From assembly GCA_013265495.1 (NCBI GenBank), contig MU058065.1, positions 3,823,003 to 3,887,002 of the forward strand: 64,000 nt of DNA, read 5' to 3'. The translations under genes were made by a program, and so were the position numbers. The DNA is from Vicugna vicugna (Eukaryota). Positions 13,140-25,399 of this stretch are shown one piece after another; position 1 is the first letter of the stretch, and the number at the start of each line of letters is the position of its first letter. The notes beneath the pieces were generated by a model, which had not been told where the DNA came from, made no database searches, and saw only the letters and a list, made by a program, of their open reading frames with translations.

Positions 13140-13740
13140 AAAAGACAAACATTTTTCAAGATTTTATTCAGCAATGTCCAAATAAGGGGACTGTTCATTT
13201 TTCATGGCTTATAATTTATTCTATCAGACAGGTGTAAAATGGCTGTGGCAAGGCAGAATTGCAAATTAATTATCCACTTAACCTCTGACAAAAGAAAATA
13301 ATCTGACACCTTTTCAAGAAGTTTCCTTTTCTCCGCCTCAATCAAGATTATAATGTAAAATTTTACTGATGTCTTTCAAGGACAGCGTCACATCTATGGC
13401 CCCTTGTCACACAGTCTCCGGCAGCCGAGCAGACTGTGGGTCGGTGATAAGCGGTGGTAAACAGAGCTCTTCTGGGAGGGAGGCAGGTTTATATGCGACG
13501 CCTCGTGATTAAGGAAAAAGCTGGGTTACACCCGCTGGGACTAACATGTGAATTAATGTAAAGGAGGAGAGCAGGGTTAATGATTCTGTCTGAGAAGAAG
13601 GAGTAAACATAAATTAGGATTGTATTCCTGGGATCGACAATATAAAAGTAACCGAGGGAGTGGTACACTGTCTGATCCCAATTCCAAAAAATTTCCTTGC
13701 TGAATTGCAAAAGTTTTCATTGGATGGGTTAATACACACA
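13140..13740. promoter_or_regulatory. Candidate enhancer (GATA, FOX, HNF1-like and homeodomain motifs, CpG retained)
   Basis: TGATAAG 13445-13451, GTAAACA 13457-13463, GTTAATGATT 13576-13585; about 11 CpGs in 13380-13660; no recognisable repeat. Confidence 0.45.
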
Positions 13741-15455
13741 AAACTTTGAGGAGTTTTTCCTCCCTAGGATCTCAGCTTCTTTGCTAAGAGAGAAAAACAT
13801 TCAACATAAACCACTCATTTTAAGATGGCTTTGATAATATTTAGCATAGAGCATGATTTGCTTTCTGTCAAGGCAACACTCCTCAGGGCTTTTTTTTTTT
13901 AAAGAAATGACAGAAAGAGAAGAGGGAATTGTCCCTCAAATGGATTTTTGAAGCATTATAAAAACATGACATAGTCAAATATCTGTACAAAAATTTAATT
14001 ACTTTAAAAGCGGAGAGTGACTGAATTCAAGCTCAGCGTCGTGAGAAATAATTCCTTAAATGAGTAGCTTTAAGCCTAAATTAACTTTGAAAACAGTCAC
14101 TTATTCAGTAGGAAAGCATTTGTAGCTTTCCTTAAAAATTTGTATGTAAATCATCTATTTTGTATGGTACTAATTAAACATTAAAGTTCTACTCTATTTT
14201 CCTATTGGGTAAGTGTCAAGCAATGGAAATCAGAATATTTCAAGCCTCCTGAATTTAAATAAAAGAATTGAACTATAACCTAATGTAGGAACAGAGGGAA
14301 AGGATGTCAGAAAGTGGTAAAAGGCTGGCTGAGACTGTGGCCACATTCGAACACCAGGCTGCGGTTTGTCTAAACAACTTGTATTCCGAGCAGTGCTTTC
14401 AGGAGAAAATAGAAACATCAGGGGTAGCTGCTCTACAGGAGAAGTGGTCCAACTCCCCAGGCCCACTCTAGGGGGGCTCTGGGCCTGAGAACTGGGTGAC
14501 ATCAGCCCTGGCTGCCAGTTTAGAGCCACACCTCTCTCCCCTGCGCCCTCCGTGGTCCCTCTGAAGATGCTATCCCGCCACTTCCTCATTCTGCCCTATT
14601 TTGGAGAGAGTGACCGTCATTTGCTGCTTATATATCCTCATTCCCAACTTGACATCAAAATTCAGCCTTCACTGACTTACTAAAACTGTGTCTCAGATCT
14701 TCCCCCGTGGCCTCCCAGTCACCGACTCCAAGGTCTGTTTCCTCAGTTCTCATCCGGCTCCATCTCTCTGCCATATTCGACAAGTTGGGTGAGTGGCTAA
14801 ATTTCTGTTCTAGCCTCTCCTGAATGGTAAAAAGACAAAATTGTTCATTCTACAAGCAGATGCTCTTTGTATATCTTAAAATAATAATAAAAGCTACTTT
14901 ATTGATATAATATCATGTATATTGAATTTATAAATACACACATAGGTATACATAAATTATATATGGAAATATATAATCTCACACAGATATACAAAATGTC
15001 AGAAAATACAGTTAAACAGAAGGCTTAGAAAATGGCCAGAATCTTACTCATCTAACTGTGTTTTAAATATCTTGACTTACATCTCTTCTGATATATTTGA
15101 AACACCTTGATGTATTTACCTTCTGAGTGTTAAAAAATGAATGTAAATATATACACATTTAGATAAACAGGACTACATATTGTTTTATGCTTTATAACTT
15201 CTAAAGTCTTTAATATATTTGATATCCATCCAGATAACACATATTTACCTACCTTGGATGAGCCGGCTGCTTTCCCATTAGCTCTCAGACCTCCTTCCTG
15301 CTGTCCCCCTGCGCTGCCCTATAAACTACACTTCCGCTTCCTAAGAGCTGCCATTTAGGTTAGGACGGTGGGAGGCAGTGGGAGAAGGCAGGGTGGGGAG
15401 ATGGAACAGCCTGGATATTTATCTTTGTCTCTCTCTGCTGAGATGGAATCTGTGG

Positions 15456-15621
15456 CAAGACAGGCTACATAATTTCTGGGTGCCAGTGCAAAATGGAAAT
15501 GTGGGCTTCTTGTTAAAAAATTATGAAAAGTTTTAAGATGACAGCAGAGCATTAAGTCAAGTGTGTCCTGGGGCGGTGTCCTGCACGACTGCCCAGACAG
15601 CTCGCTAAGAAGCTGGCTCTG
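15456..15621 (-). mobile_element. MER45A (hAT-Tip100) DNA transposon
   Basis: Reverse complement fits recalled MER45A: TTAATGCTCTGCTGTCATCTTAAAA...CATTTCCATTTTGCACTGGCACCCAGAAATTATGTAGCCTGTCTTG. Confidence 0.8.
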
Positions 15622-16079
15622 GCGTCTGGCAGGGCCTCCATCTCTTCGATGACTCTGGTTTACATCTGATGGCCTTGGTCACACAGCTCTTGGGGTGACT
15701 GCCTGCACGCACGTCCTTTATTGTCCCTTAGAGCTATGGGTGGCAGTGCACTCCTGTGGTTGTATGTGATTTATTTGTCTTACTTCCTTTGTTTACTCTT
15801 TCAGTTTTGCCAACAATTCTTTAGCTAGTTCTCCCTGGTGAATTTCTTCTGCTGAACCACCTGATTTAACCCTGACTGATACCTACATTAGGGATGGCAA
15901 AAGCCAGGGCCTTGTACTGTTACTTCCTTTCTTCTGCTATTGCTGCAGGCATCACTAATCGACAAAAGCCTTCTGTCTGTGAGATTAAACTCTGTCTCAG
16001 AATCCTTCTCAACACAGTGTTTGACTGCAGCTGATGCATGACATGAAATCTGTGTGGCCTCCCAGCTATATATCATCCT

Positions 16080-16290
16080 TTAAACGACTTCATGCTTTGT
16101 GGCTATGGTGTATTTTATTTAACTAATCCCTGACTGGTGACAGTGTGTTTTCCATTTTTCATCAATTCAGAAATGAATACTTTTACAGATATCTTTTTGT
16201 TTTCTTCTCCAGTTGTCCAGGATAATGTCTTTGAAGTGGAATTCCTAGGCCAAAGGGTTATGCATATTTTATATTTTGATACATATTTTC
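16080..16290 (-). mobile_element. Old L1ME-like fragment (likely continuation of remnant at ~14960-15250)
   Basis: GAAGTGGAATTCCTAGGCCAAAGGGTTATGCATATTTTATATTTTGATACATATT is a typical antisense L1ME motif. Confidence 0.55.
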
Positions 16291-18939
16291 ATTTCAGAGT
16301 GATTGTATGAACATTAGTTTTAGCATGAAATATGTCTGTAATATGCTAAGATGGATCTTTTTTTCTCTTCGAAATTGTTGGGAGACCTAACACTAACTTC
16401 AACAAGTCATTTTTGTAAGTTTTCTTAAAAACTGTCTCCAGATCCAGCTTCAAAGGCACTTGGAAGTCACCCTTTTATATTCAACTTACAACTTATTTTT
16501 AAATAAAAAACAGTATTACTCAGCTTAATCACCTTCTTAGTCTCCAGACTTGCTTTCAATGGACTTTTGATTCTTTCTCAGAAATAAAAATCTATTTTCA
16601 TGTGTAGAAGTTTTCTTCCTTTTGAAGATAGTCAAAACAATAGACTGCTGTTCCCTGAAGGTTTGAACAGAAGAACTGGAAACTCTTTTAAGAAACTGCT
16701 TCAGCTTAATTGAAGCTTCCGGCTTCCCAAGGTAACTCCTTCGAGAGGGAGGCAGTACTCACTGAGATGCCAAAGTTTGGTATATTTGTTTTAAAACTCA
16801 GTTGCTTTACACTATAGAGGACACTCCTCTTCATTCCCTTCATTCCCTTCATTCATTAGTGTAGGTGACCTCTACCTGCAATTCCTCTAATCAAAATCTT
16901 TTGTCAAGAGGACTGTAAAGTATTTGTTTAGCTTGGTTTCATCAATACAGCAATGGAACTGTCTCATTTATAAGTACCTCATCTTTCACCTGGAATCATT
17001 CTGACTGAAAACAATGTTTTTTCCTAAGTACACAGTAAATCATGCTGCTTGCTTTTAAAAGATAGGCCACCCTTCAAAGAGCTTTGGGTCATTCCATTTT
17101 GTACCCTCTGTCCAAGGTAATTTCTAATTTGTGTTTTTCAAGGAGACCCTGGAAAAGTGCTCTCATAAGATTGAATGTTTTCTTTCCCTTTTTCTCTCAA
17201 GAATGTCATGCAGCTTTCAAATGATCACAGAGCAAACAAAAACACCCTCCCTCCTCCCCTCTGGTTAAAACCTGTCGGTTTCAGGGCAATGTCTGGTTTC
17301 AGTAATGTGAAATTCTTCGTTGGCTTTACAAATCGTAGATCAATGACTTATTATTATAATCCCTTAACTCCTCAGCAATCTACCAGAAAGCTGGTTTCCA
17401 AAAAATAAGAGCAGGCTTTGCCTTTAGATAGAGACTCAAATGAGTCCCTGGGAATGCGTGTGCTTCTTTTGGGGCTGTGTTTCATCCCGTCAGACCAATA
17501 AATTCCTACAAGTCTCAGTTCTTTAATTCCCTTTAGGGAGGAGTGGGATAAAGAATATCAGCCCATTCTGAAAAACCCCACTGTTTTTACGACACACAGA
17601 AATAGCTACAAGAAATACCTTCATCATTTTTACTTGCTGGGCCATGTATCTTTTTTCTTTTCCTCAAACGTTAATGATCACTAAAGGCCCGCACACATGC
17701 ACACAGAACCCTGGCCCTAGAGTCTGCTTGAGTCACCTTAGCGGTATGGCCCCCAAATAAAACTGCACTAAGTATTCTGAATTTGCACTCCTGCTGTACA
17801 CTGCATAGTTTATAGGCTTCCATTTCTTTTTCTCTGCCGGCCATGTTGTGGCTGTAGTATTTTGATTTATGAATAAGGAACTTAGCAGGGTCAGACTAAT
17901 CCAGCTTAAATGTGCACTCATGGTGTAAACTTGATTGAGGCTTCTCTCCATTCATCAGAGTCTTCTAGATAATTTGGGCTCCTCATTCTTCCATCTGTAC
18001 TTCTGTGGATTCTTGTACCTGGTATGACCTTCCTTCTGAATGCCATCTAAGGAAATTTTTTTTCATCAAAGCTCAGACAAGTCTTAGCTCCTCCCACAAG
18101 CCTTTTCTAGTTTTTAAAATTATTAGAGCTTTACACGTCTCTTTCTTCCCTGAATTCCTGTAATATAAAATATAATAACTTTGTAAACTTGTTATTATTA
18201 TTTGTAATTGTTTTCTAAAAGGGACTACATACCACTTAGGGGCAGATGGCATTGCATGTCCACTGGCAGCCTTCCCTCCCCATCACTTCCCAAAGCAGGG
18301 CCAAGACAAGAGGCAAACCAAGATCCTCAGACATTTTCAACATCTTTTGTGGTAATTCAGTCTCCCTCCAGTAAAAAATGTGAAAATGCAGATTTTATTT
18401 GAACTGTTCAAATTGAGGGGTGGGTGACAATAATGGTTTTGCTCATTTTCATGATTTTGATAAATAATTACATCAGATATATAATATCTTCTTATTGAAT
18501 TTTACATTTTTATGTTTAACGCAAGTCTACTCTCTCTCGTTTCCAGTTTTCAAAAATTTAAGCAAACCACCTCTTTGGAAAACATATATTTCTGTTTTTC
18601 AGTGTTTGCCTCTCATCTCAGCTCCCCTTTTGTATTTTCTATCTCTATCATGTTTGTACTCATTCTCAAGAATCTCCAGGATTAAAAAAAGAACATGTAT
18701 ATGTACTCAAAGCTTCACAACTTGAAAGTATTTTCATCAACAGTGTAAATGCAAGTAAATGTAACATTTTTAACAATTAAAATTAATACTTTCATTTTTC
18801 AAAACAGTTAATTCACTGCCAAATTAGTCAAAATCCTCTACTGCAATTAAAAAGAAAACCTAGATTATAAATACTAAAATTCTAAATAAAGTTAAAGTTA
18901 ACTGAATTATAAAAATTTTATTAAAATTTATAGATTAAA

Positions 18940-20165
18940 AAATCTTTTTAGTATGGAGAATTTCAAACATACAAAAAGTAGACTAAATAATACATGGAAC
19001 TACCACTTATCTATTATCTAGCTTCAATAATTGATCAGCTCACAGTCAATCTTATTTCATCTCACCCTTCTACCCTCTTACCCCTGATATTTTGAAGTAA
19101 ATCCCACCTGTCATATAAACTGATCTGTAAATATGTGAATAACATCTCTAAAAGATAAGAGGCTTTTAACATAACCACACTTTCCCTATTTTGCCTAAAA
19201 TATGACAACATTTCTTAATATCAACAAATAACTAGTAAATGTTCACTATTCCAATTGTCTCGAATGTTAACATATTTTTCTATAGTTTGAATCAAAATCC
19301 AAATAAAGTTTACACATTGCAATTTGTTCAAATGTCTCTTTTAAAATATCTTTTTTATGGTATGATTCCTGTATAGTAAACTACACACTTTTTAGATGAA
19401 CAATTTGATGAGTTTTGATAGATGTATACACCAATGAAATCACCACCACAATCAAGATAGCTAACATTTCCATTAATCCTCAAGAGATGCAAATGTCGAA
19501 TTCTCAATTTATCCCTTCCCACCCACTTTACCCCCTGGAAACCATAAGTTTGTTCTCTATGTCTGTGAGTCTGTTTCTGTTTCACGGATAAGTTCATTTG
19601 TGTCCTTTTTTTCAGAGTCCACATATGAGTGATATCATATGGCATTTTTCTTTCTCTTTCTAGATTACTTTGTTAAGAATGACGATATCCAGGTCCATCC
19701 ATGTTGCTGCAAATGACATTACTTTATTCTTTCTTATGGCTGAGTAGTATTCCACTGGATAAATATATCACATTTTCTTTATCCAGTCATCTGTCCATGG
19801 ACTTTTGGGTTGTTTCCATGTCTTGGCTATTGTAAATAGTGCTGCTGTGAACATGGGTGCATGTGTCTTTTTGAATTATATTTTCCTCTGTATATATGCC
19901 CAGAAGTGGGATTACTGGATCATATGGTAAGTATATTTTTAGTTTTTGAGGAATCTCCATACTGTCCTCCATAGTGGCTTGTTCAAATGTATTTTAAGTC
20001 TCTTTTAATCTTTAGATTTTCCTTTTCTTCTGTTTCTCTGTTTCTTTCTTGCTGTATGTAACTTTCTCCTTTTCATGCTGTTGTTTAAGGAACCATCTTG
20101 TTTGCCCTACAGAAACTTCCCTCTGAATTTTGTTGATTGCGTCCCTATTGTGTTATTTAACATTT
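18940..20165 (-). mobile_element. Old L1MC4/5-like 3' region, interrupted by a younger insertion at 19341-19978
   Basis: TATGGAGAATTTCAAACATACAAAAGTAGA; GAATCAAAATCCAAATAAAGTTTACACATTGC resumes as AAGTCTCTTTTAATC after the insertion. Confidence 0.7.
19341..19978 (-). mobile_element. Chimeric L1 insertion: young L1 ORF2 end and 3'UTR (19486-19978) fused to an old L1M-type 3' terminus (19350-19485)
   Basis: ORF 19787-19972 is ORF2 C-terminus-like (LPYDPVIPLLGIY); flanking 17-bp repeat TTGTTCAAATGT(C/A)T(C/T)TT at 19324-19340 and 19979-19995. Confidence 0.75.
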
Positions 20166-20359
20166 TGATATCAATATTAAATTGAACCTCTTTAATAGTT
20201 TGTAAAATTACAAGTATTTACAATCTTAACATCCAATGTCCAATTAGTCACAGTGTAAAGAATTCGTGTGTGTGTACACATTGAGTGAAATTAAGTGCTT
20301 AATATAGCAGTTTTCTGCAGCCACTCCATAACTATTGCACTTACCCTGCAAATCTACTA

Positions 20360-20843
20360 CAGATCTTCCTTAACTTAGGATATGTATGTCTTAATAAACC
20401 CATTGTAAGTTGAAAATATCACAAGCTGAAAATGCATTTAATACACATAATCTACCAAACATCATAGCTTAGCCTAGCCTATCTTAAACATGCTCAGATC
20501 AATTATGTTAGCCTACAGTTGGGCAAAATCATCTAAATATAAAGCCTATTTTATAATAAAGTGTTGGATATCTCATGTAATTGATACTGTACTGAATGTG
20601 AAAAACAGGATGGTTATATGGGTACAGAATGGCAGAATGGTTGTAGGTGTGTTGGTTCTCTACCTGTTGTGGTCATGTGGCTGACTGGGAGCTGCCCAGC
20701 ATCGTGGGAGAATATTGTACCACACACAAGCCACTAGTCCTGGAAAAGAGCAAAATTCAAAGTATGGTTTCTACTGAATGTGTATCGCTTTCGCACCATC
20801 ATAAAGTTGATGGGTCAAACTACAGTAGGTCAGGGGCTGTCTG
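20360..20843 (+). mobile_element. Tigger5/MER47-family (TcMar-Tigger) DNA transposon
   Basis: Begins TA|CAGATC..., ends GGGGCTGTCTG; internal AAACCCATTGTAAGTTGAAAATATC, CATCATAGCTTAGCCTAGCCTA, TATCGCTTTCGCACCATC match recalled MER47. Confidence 0.85.
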
Positions 20844-21394
20844 TTGTACTCCCCAGATCCACACACTGGAACCTGAAGGGAAGTAAAAGAGATGCTCACA
20901 CAACTGGAAAACTACGCGTTGTTATGTAAGCAGCTCTTGTGTTCATGCTGAGAGGAAGATTTCACAGGCTATTTGATTTGTCTTTTACCTGAGGTTCACC
21001 CCTCTCCATTCTCTTTGCATTGTCTTCCTCTGCTGCACAACACATACAGCCTCACACCCTCAGGTTTTATTTCAAAGCTGTTGGGTAAGAAACGGGTAGA
21101 AACATTTCCTTAGGGGCTTAAATGATCTTAGCCGTGAGAGTGGATGTTTAGACTTACAGACTGTACTGAGCCGGCACTGGGTGGACCCCAGTGGGAGATG
21201 AGCCCACTTGGGTGCTCATTTTATGTGAATCTGTGATACCTGATGCCCTCTAATAGGAGAGGCCAAGGCAGGGCCTTTCTTGTCTGCATCTAAAAGCAGT
21301 TCTGTGAGCAGTGTTTTTAAACCTCACTCATCTCTGTCACCACCTTCATGATTTTTGCCATGGCTCCATACCTCTTGTTCTATTATCTACTGAA

Positions 21395-21877
21395 CTTGCT
21401 ATCGTTGAGTGACACATGACCACAAACTCAGTGGGCTCAGCCTGGCCACTCATAAAGCTCAGGGTCTCATAAGGCTGGAACCAGGGTGTCACAGGTATCG
21501 GTGACTCACCTGGAGGTTGATGGATTCTTCCAAGCTCCTTCAGGTCATTGGAAGAATGCATTTTTTTGTGATTGTGGAACTGAGGTCCCTGCTTTCTTGC
21601 TGGCTGTCAGCCGACACCAGTTCTTAGCTTCTAGAGGCTGCTGCCATTCCCTGCTTCATGCGCTTTTCACAACGTGGCAGTTTACTTCTTCAAGGCCAAC
21701 AGGACAGTCCCCCTAATCTCCTATGACACTGTAGGCATCCTAGAACATAATGAGTCATGGGAGTGACTATCCCGTCACACTCAGTTTCCTCCCAGACTCA
21801 AGGGGAGGAGATTCCGGAGGACATATTCTCCAGGGGGTGGGAATCCTGAACGTCCTCTGAGAATTCTGCCTACCACA
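21395..21877 (-). mobile_element. MaLR solo LTR (MLT1E-like), apparently inserted in an hAT-type remnant (~21310-22112)
   Basis: Ends GAGAATTCTGCCTACCACA; contains ACTGAGGTCCCTGCTTTCTTGCTGGCTGTCAGC and CTCAAGGGGAGGAGATT. Confidence 0.8.
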
Positions 21878-23451
21878 TTTATTTAACATTTTTTCTTTAA
21901 GTAACTCACTTTTTAAACTCAAATAGATTTGTTGAAAGTTTATGTCACGCATTTGGTGTGCTAGGTTTATGTGTATGTGTTTACAAATGTCTTTCTATAG
22001 ATACATATTCACACACTCTAGCATAAATATATAACTTAAAAAAAGTATTTATCAATTTATCCCCTAAATTTATCTTACTTCCCTAAGGTTCATGTACCAC
22101 ATTGAGAAACAGTGTCTCTTGAAAGAACACTAAACAATCACCTGTTGAATGTATGATAATGAAGAGTTGTAGATTGGAGGGCTTTGATTTCAATGAAACT
22201 AAATATATATATTTGTATTTCTACAACTAAGTTATTTCTTATCTCTATGATCATATAAACTGTGTATTCCATATTCATTAAAATATACCTTTTTTTGACT
22301 GTTAAAGGGTGTGACTTGAAAATAACTTGGTGCCCATTGGTATATGGACTGTTTTGTCCTTTACAACTTTTGGACTGAAGTGAAAAAATCTAGGAGACCA
22401 GCTATTCCCTTATGTGTTTTCAGTATTTACTGTAGTGCTATTAATTTCAAAGGCATAAACAAATTAACTTCCACATTACCACAGACAGGCAAAGATAAGG
22501 AAGAAACGTCACGTATTTCTCCTGAAGAGAAAAGAACACTTTAGTGATGATAAGTATGTCTCTGAGGACTTGACTGGTCTCTTGTATAATCTTTGTGCCA
22601 GTAAAACACTTCCTATTACAAAGAACTGATCTGATCATTTTCACAACCCAACCCTTAGTCACTGCCCCAAAACCCTGGGCTTCAAATAAAACCAGCAGAT
22701 AAACATTTTGGAAGGAAGTCACATCTCTCTGTTTGGACTGCTCTGTAGATTTATTGTAGCTCTGTAATTCACTTATCTGATGGTTGGCAGGAGAACCACT
22801 TATTCTTATGTTTAAGTGTTTGCCTGGTTTGGCCCATTGCTCCACAAAAAACCAGGTGATGACTATTGCAGGTGGGGAGAGTCCTCCATCTCAGACTAAT
22901 CTGTTGTATCTTTTTTGGCTTTGAAAATTTTTGTACCCAGATATAAATCACCTTGGCCATACATTCTCACTGCTCTTCCACTTAGAGGGTCGCCCTTGAC
23001 ATAAACTCATTACTGCTTGTACATTCAACAGAACTGATAGGAAGGAGGTCAATATATCCTAGGCCTAAGGGATCTGAAGCCGCATTTGAGAGTTATTGTC
23101 CTTCTGGTGATCTGTTCCCTGTGAACTGGTATAACTAATCCGTAACAATCTGCAACAATCTCCACTTTTCCTGAATTTATAGAGTGTATATCGCTTGAAA
23201 TGCTTTTTTAGAGATGTTGGCCTTTTTTATTATTTAACTGTTTCCTACATTCATTACTTATTACTGCATATGAATTTTCAGTAAAGCGACTATTTCTTGA
23301 ATTTCTTCCCTCTTTTCTCAATTTCCAGAACAGAACAGATCATGAAATACTTTGAGTAAACAGTTTTTCTTGGTAGCCAGTAGATGGGGAGAAAAAGCAG
23401 TTTCAAACAAACATAGCTTCCTAAGTAAAATTTTGAAAATGGCTAATTGTA

Positions 23452-23605
23452 AAAGGATGTATTGTACAGCACTGGGTAGTATGGCCATTGTTTTCACATT
23501 AAATGGAATATAATCTGTAAAAATATTGAATCACTATGTTGTACACCTGAGACTCATATAACATTGTAGATCAACTATTTTCAGTTAATTAATGGTTAAA
23601 AAAAT
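23452..23605 (+). mobile_element. L1 3' terminus fragment
   Basis: TATTGAATCACTATGTTGTACACCTGAGACTCATATAACATTGTAGATCAACTAT followed by A-rich sequence. Confidence 0.75.
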
Positions 23606-23674
23606 AAAAGTCTAGCTTTTTGATCATTGTTTTCATGTTTTTAATCTATAAATTTACCACATTTTAGCTTATAT

Positions 23675-23915
23675 TTGTATGTGTATATATATGTTCATAT
23701 TTAATGAACTGTGTATTCTCTGTACTATGTATGTAAAAATGCTGTAAATTTAAAAGTTAAATTATATATAGTATATATACCATCTATATAGTGTATATAT
23801 TATATAGTATATATTCTACAGAGCATATATTTTATATATAGTATATGATATATAGTTCATATCACATATAGCATATATGGTATATATTACATACTATTAT
23901 ATATAATAAGTATAT
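23675..23915. repeat. (TA)n-rich low-complexity region
   Basis: Degenerate TATATAGTATATA units. Confidence 0.8.
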
Positions 23916-23999
23916 CAAGTTACTTACAAAGTCTTGGCATCAGGCAAATTATCTTTCAACCTTACAACTCTTCTGTGTAGTAAATATTATTATGCCCAT

Positions 24000-24855
24000 T
24001 GTATCAGAATGTTTCTGGCAGTAAGAAAAAATATGATCAAACTGACTTTGACAATAAGTAAATGTATTATCTCCCATAAGAAAGAGTCCAGAGGTAGGGC
24101 AGGCTCAGGATATAATACAATCTTTGGCTCAGGGATGTTATCAAGCACCCAGGGACTTGGTAGCCATCACCTCTCCATCTTCTGCACTGTGTCAGCTCTG
24201 CCCTCACCTCAGGCTGGCTTTCCCTCAGGGGTACAGGATGGCTGCCGCAGTTCCAGACATCACATTCAGATGACAAAGCCCAGAGGAGAAAAGACAGTTA
24301 TTTGCTATGTGCCTCCCAACAGATATCCCTCAGTCTCACTGGCCGGCATTCTGCCATGTGCCCATATCTAAAGCAAACCCTGGAGAGAGGAATGGTATTA
24401 TCACCATGGTTTAAACTAATTAGGTACCATAGCTAGAGCTAGGGTGGGTTCGCTTTCTCTTGACTCCCTCTGAGAAGGGGGAGATAAGTGAACAAAACTG
24501 TATTTCTAGTGAAGAACAGGAAGACTACTAAGACTATCTGCCTCCATACTGGTTTCCACAGTGGCTGCACCAAACTGCATTCCCATCAACAGTGTAGGAG
24601 GGTTCCCTTTTCTCCACAGCCTCTCTAGCATTTGTCATTTGTGGACTTTTGAATGATGGCCATTCTGACTCATCATAGTTTTGATTTGGTGATATCAATC
24701 ACTGATAATTAGTGATATTGAGCATTTTTTCATGTGCCTATTGATCATCTGTATGTCTTCCTTGGAGAATTGCTTATTTAGGTCTTCTGACACAACAGTG
24801 TAAAATGACTATAACTCAATTAAAAAATGTTAAAAAAAAAAGACTATCTGCCCCA
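24000..24855 (-). mobile_element. MaLR solo LTR (MLT1J-like) inserted in a MIR, itself interrupted by L1 at 24543-24840
   Basis: Starts TGTATCAG; GATGGCTGCCGCAGTTCCAGACATCACATTC; MIR halves at ~23915-24000 and ~24856-24950. Confidence 0.65.
24543..24840. mobile_element. 5'-inverted (twin-primed) young L1 insertion
   Basis: TSD AAGACTATCTGCC 24530-24542 and 24840-24852; antisense ORF2 24542-24789, then sense terminus GACACAACAGTGTAAAATGACTATAACTCAAT plus A tail. Confidence 0.9.
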
Positions 24856-25399
24856 ACCATTTTGTTAAACAAGAAGTTAGAGAAAAAAGATGCGGTAATT
24901 TGCTCAAGGTCACAAGGCTGATAAATACAGGATGCAAAACTGAGAGAACATATCTTAGAGATCATATGGTTTGACCTTCTCAGTTTACAACTCAGGGACT
25001 TACAGGCCACTAAGTTCAGTCACTTGCTTGATATTCCAGGGATCTAACACCAGAATTGTGAACAAAACTCAGTTGGGCTGCATGCCTAATTCTGTATTTA
25101 TTCCACTCCTGTGCACTGTTTCCATTTGTGCTAATTCATATCTAGTGGATGGAAATATGCAGAAACGAAAAGCACCTAAAACAGTGCCTAGCACATAGTA
25201 GGTTCTATTATTTCTTTGTTGATTGAATAAATATTTCCCAGGTTACATGAGTCATGGTAATGCCTGTGAATTTCAAAATACTTCCTGTACTTGCAGTCTT
25301 AAGGTCTATATATCTTCCCAATTTTCTCCCCATTCCATTGTCATTTTGAGACCATTAGTACATATGGCTTAGCCAAGAGAGAAAGGAAACAGCCTGTCT

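Noticed and set aside
16628..16736. Possible exon with AG acceptor and GTAACT donor
   Set aside because: Stops in all three frames and no transcript evidence
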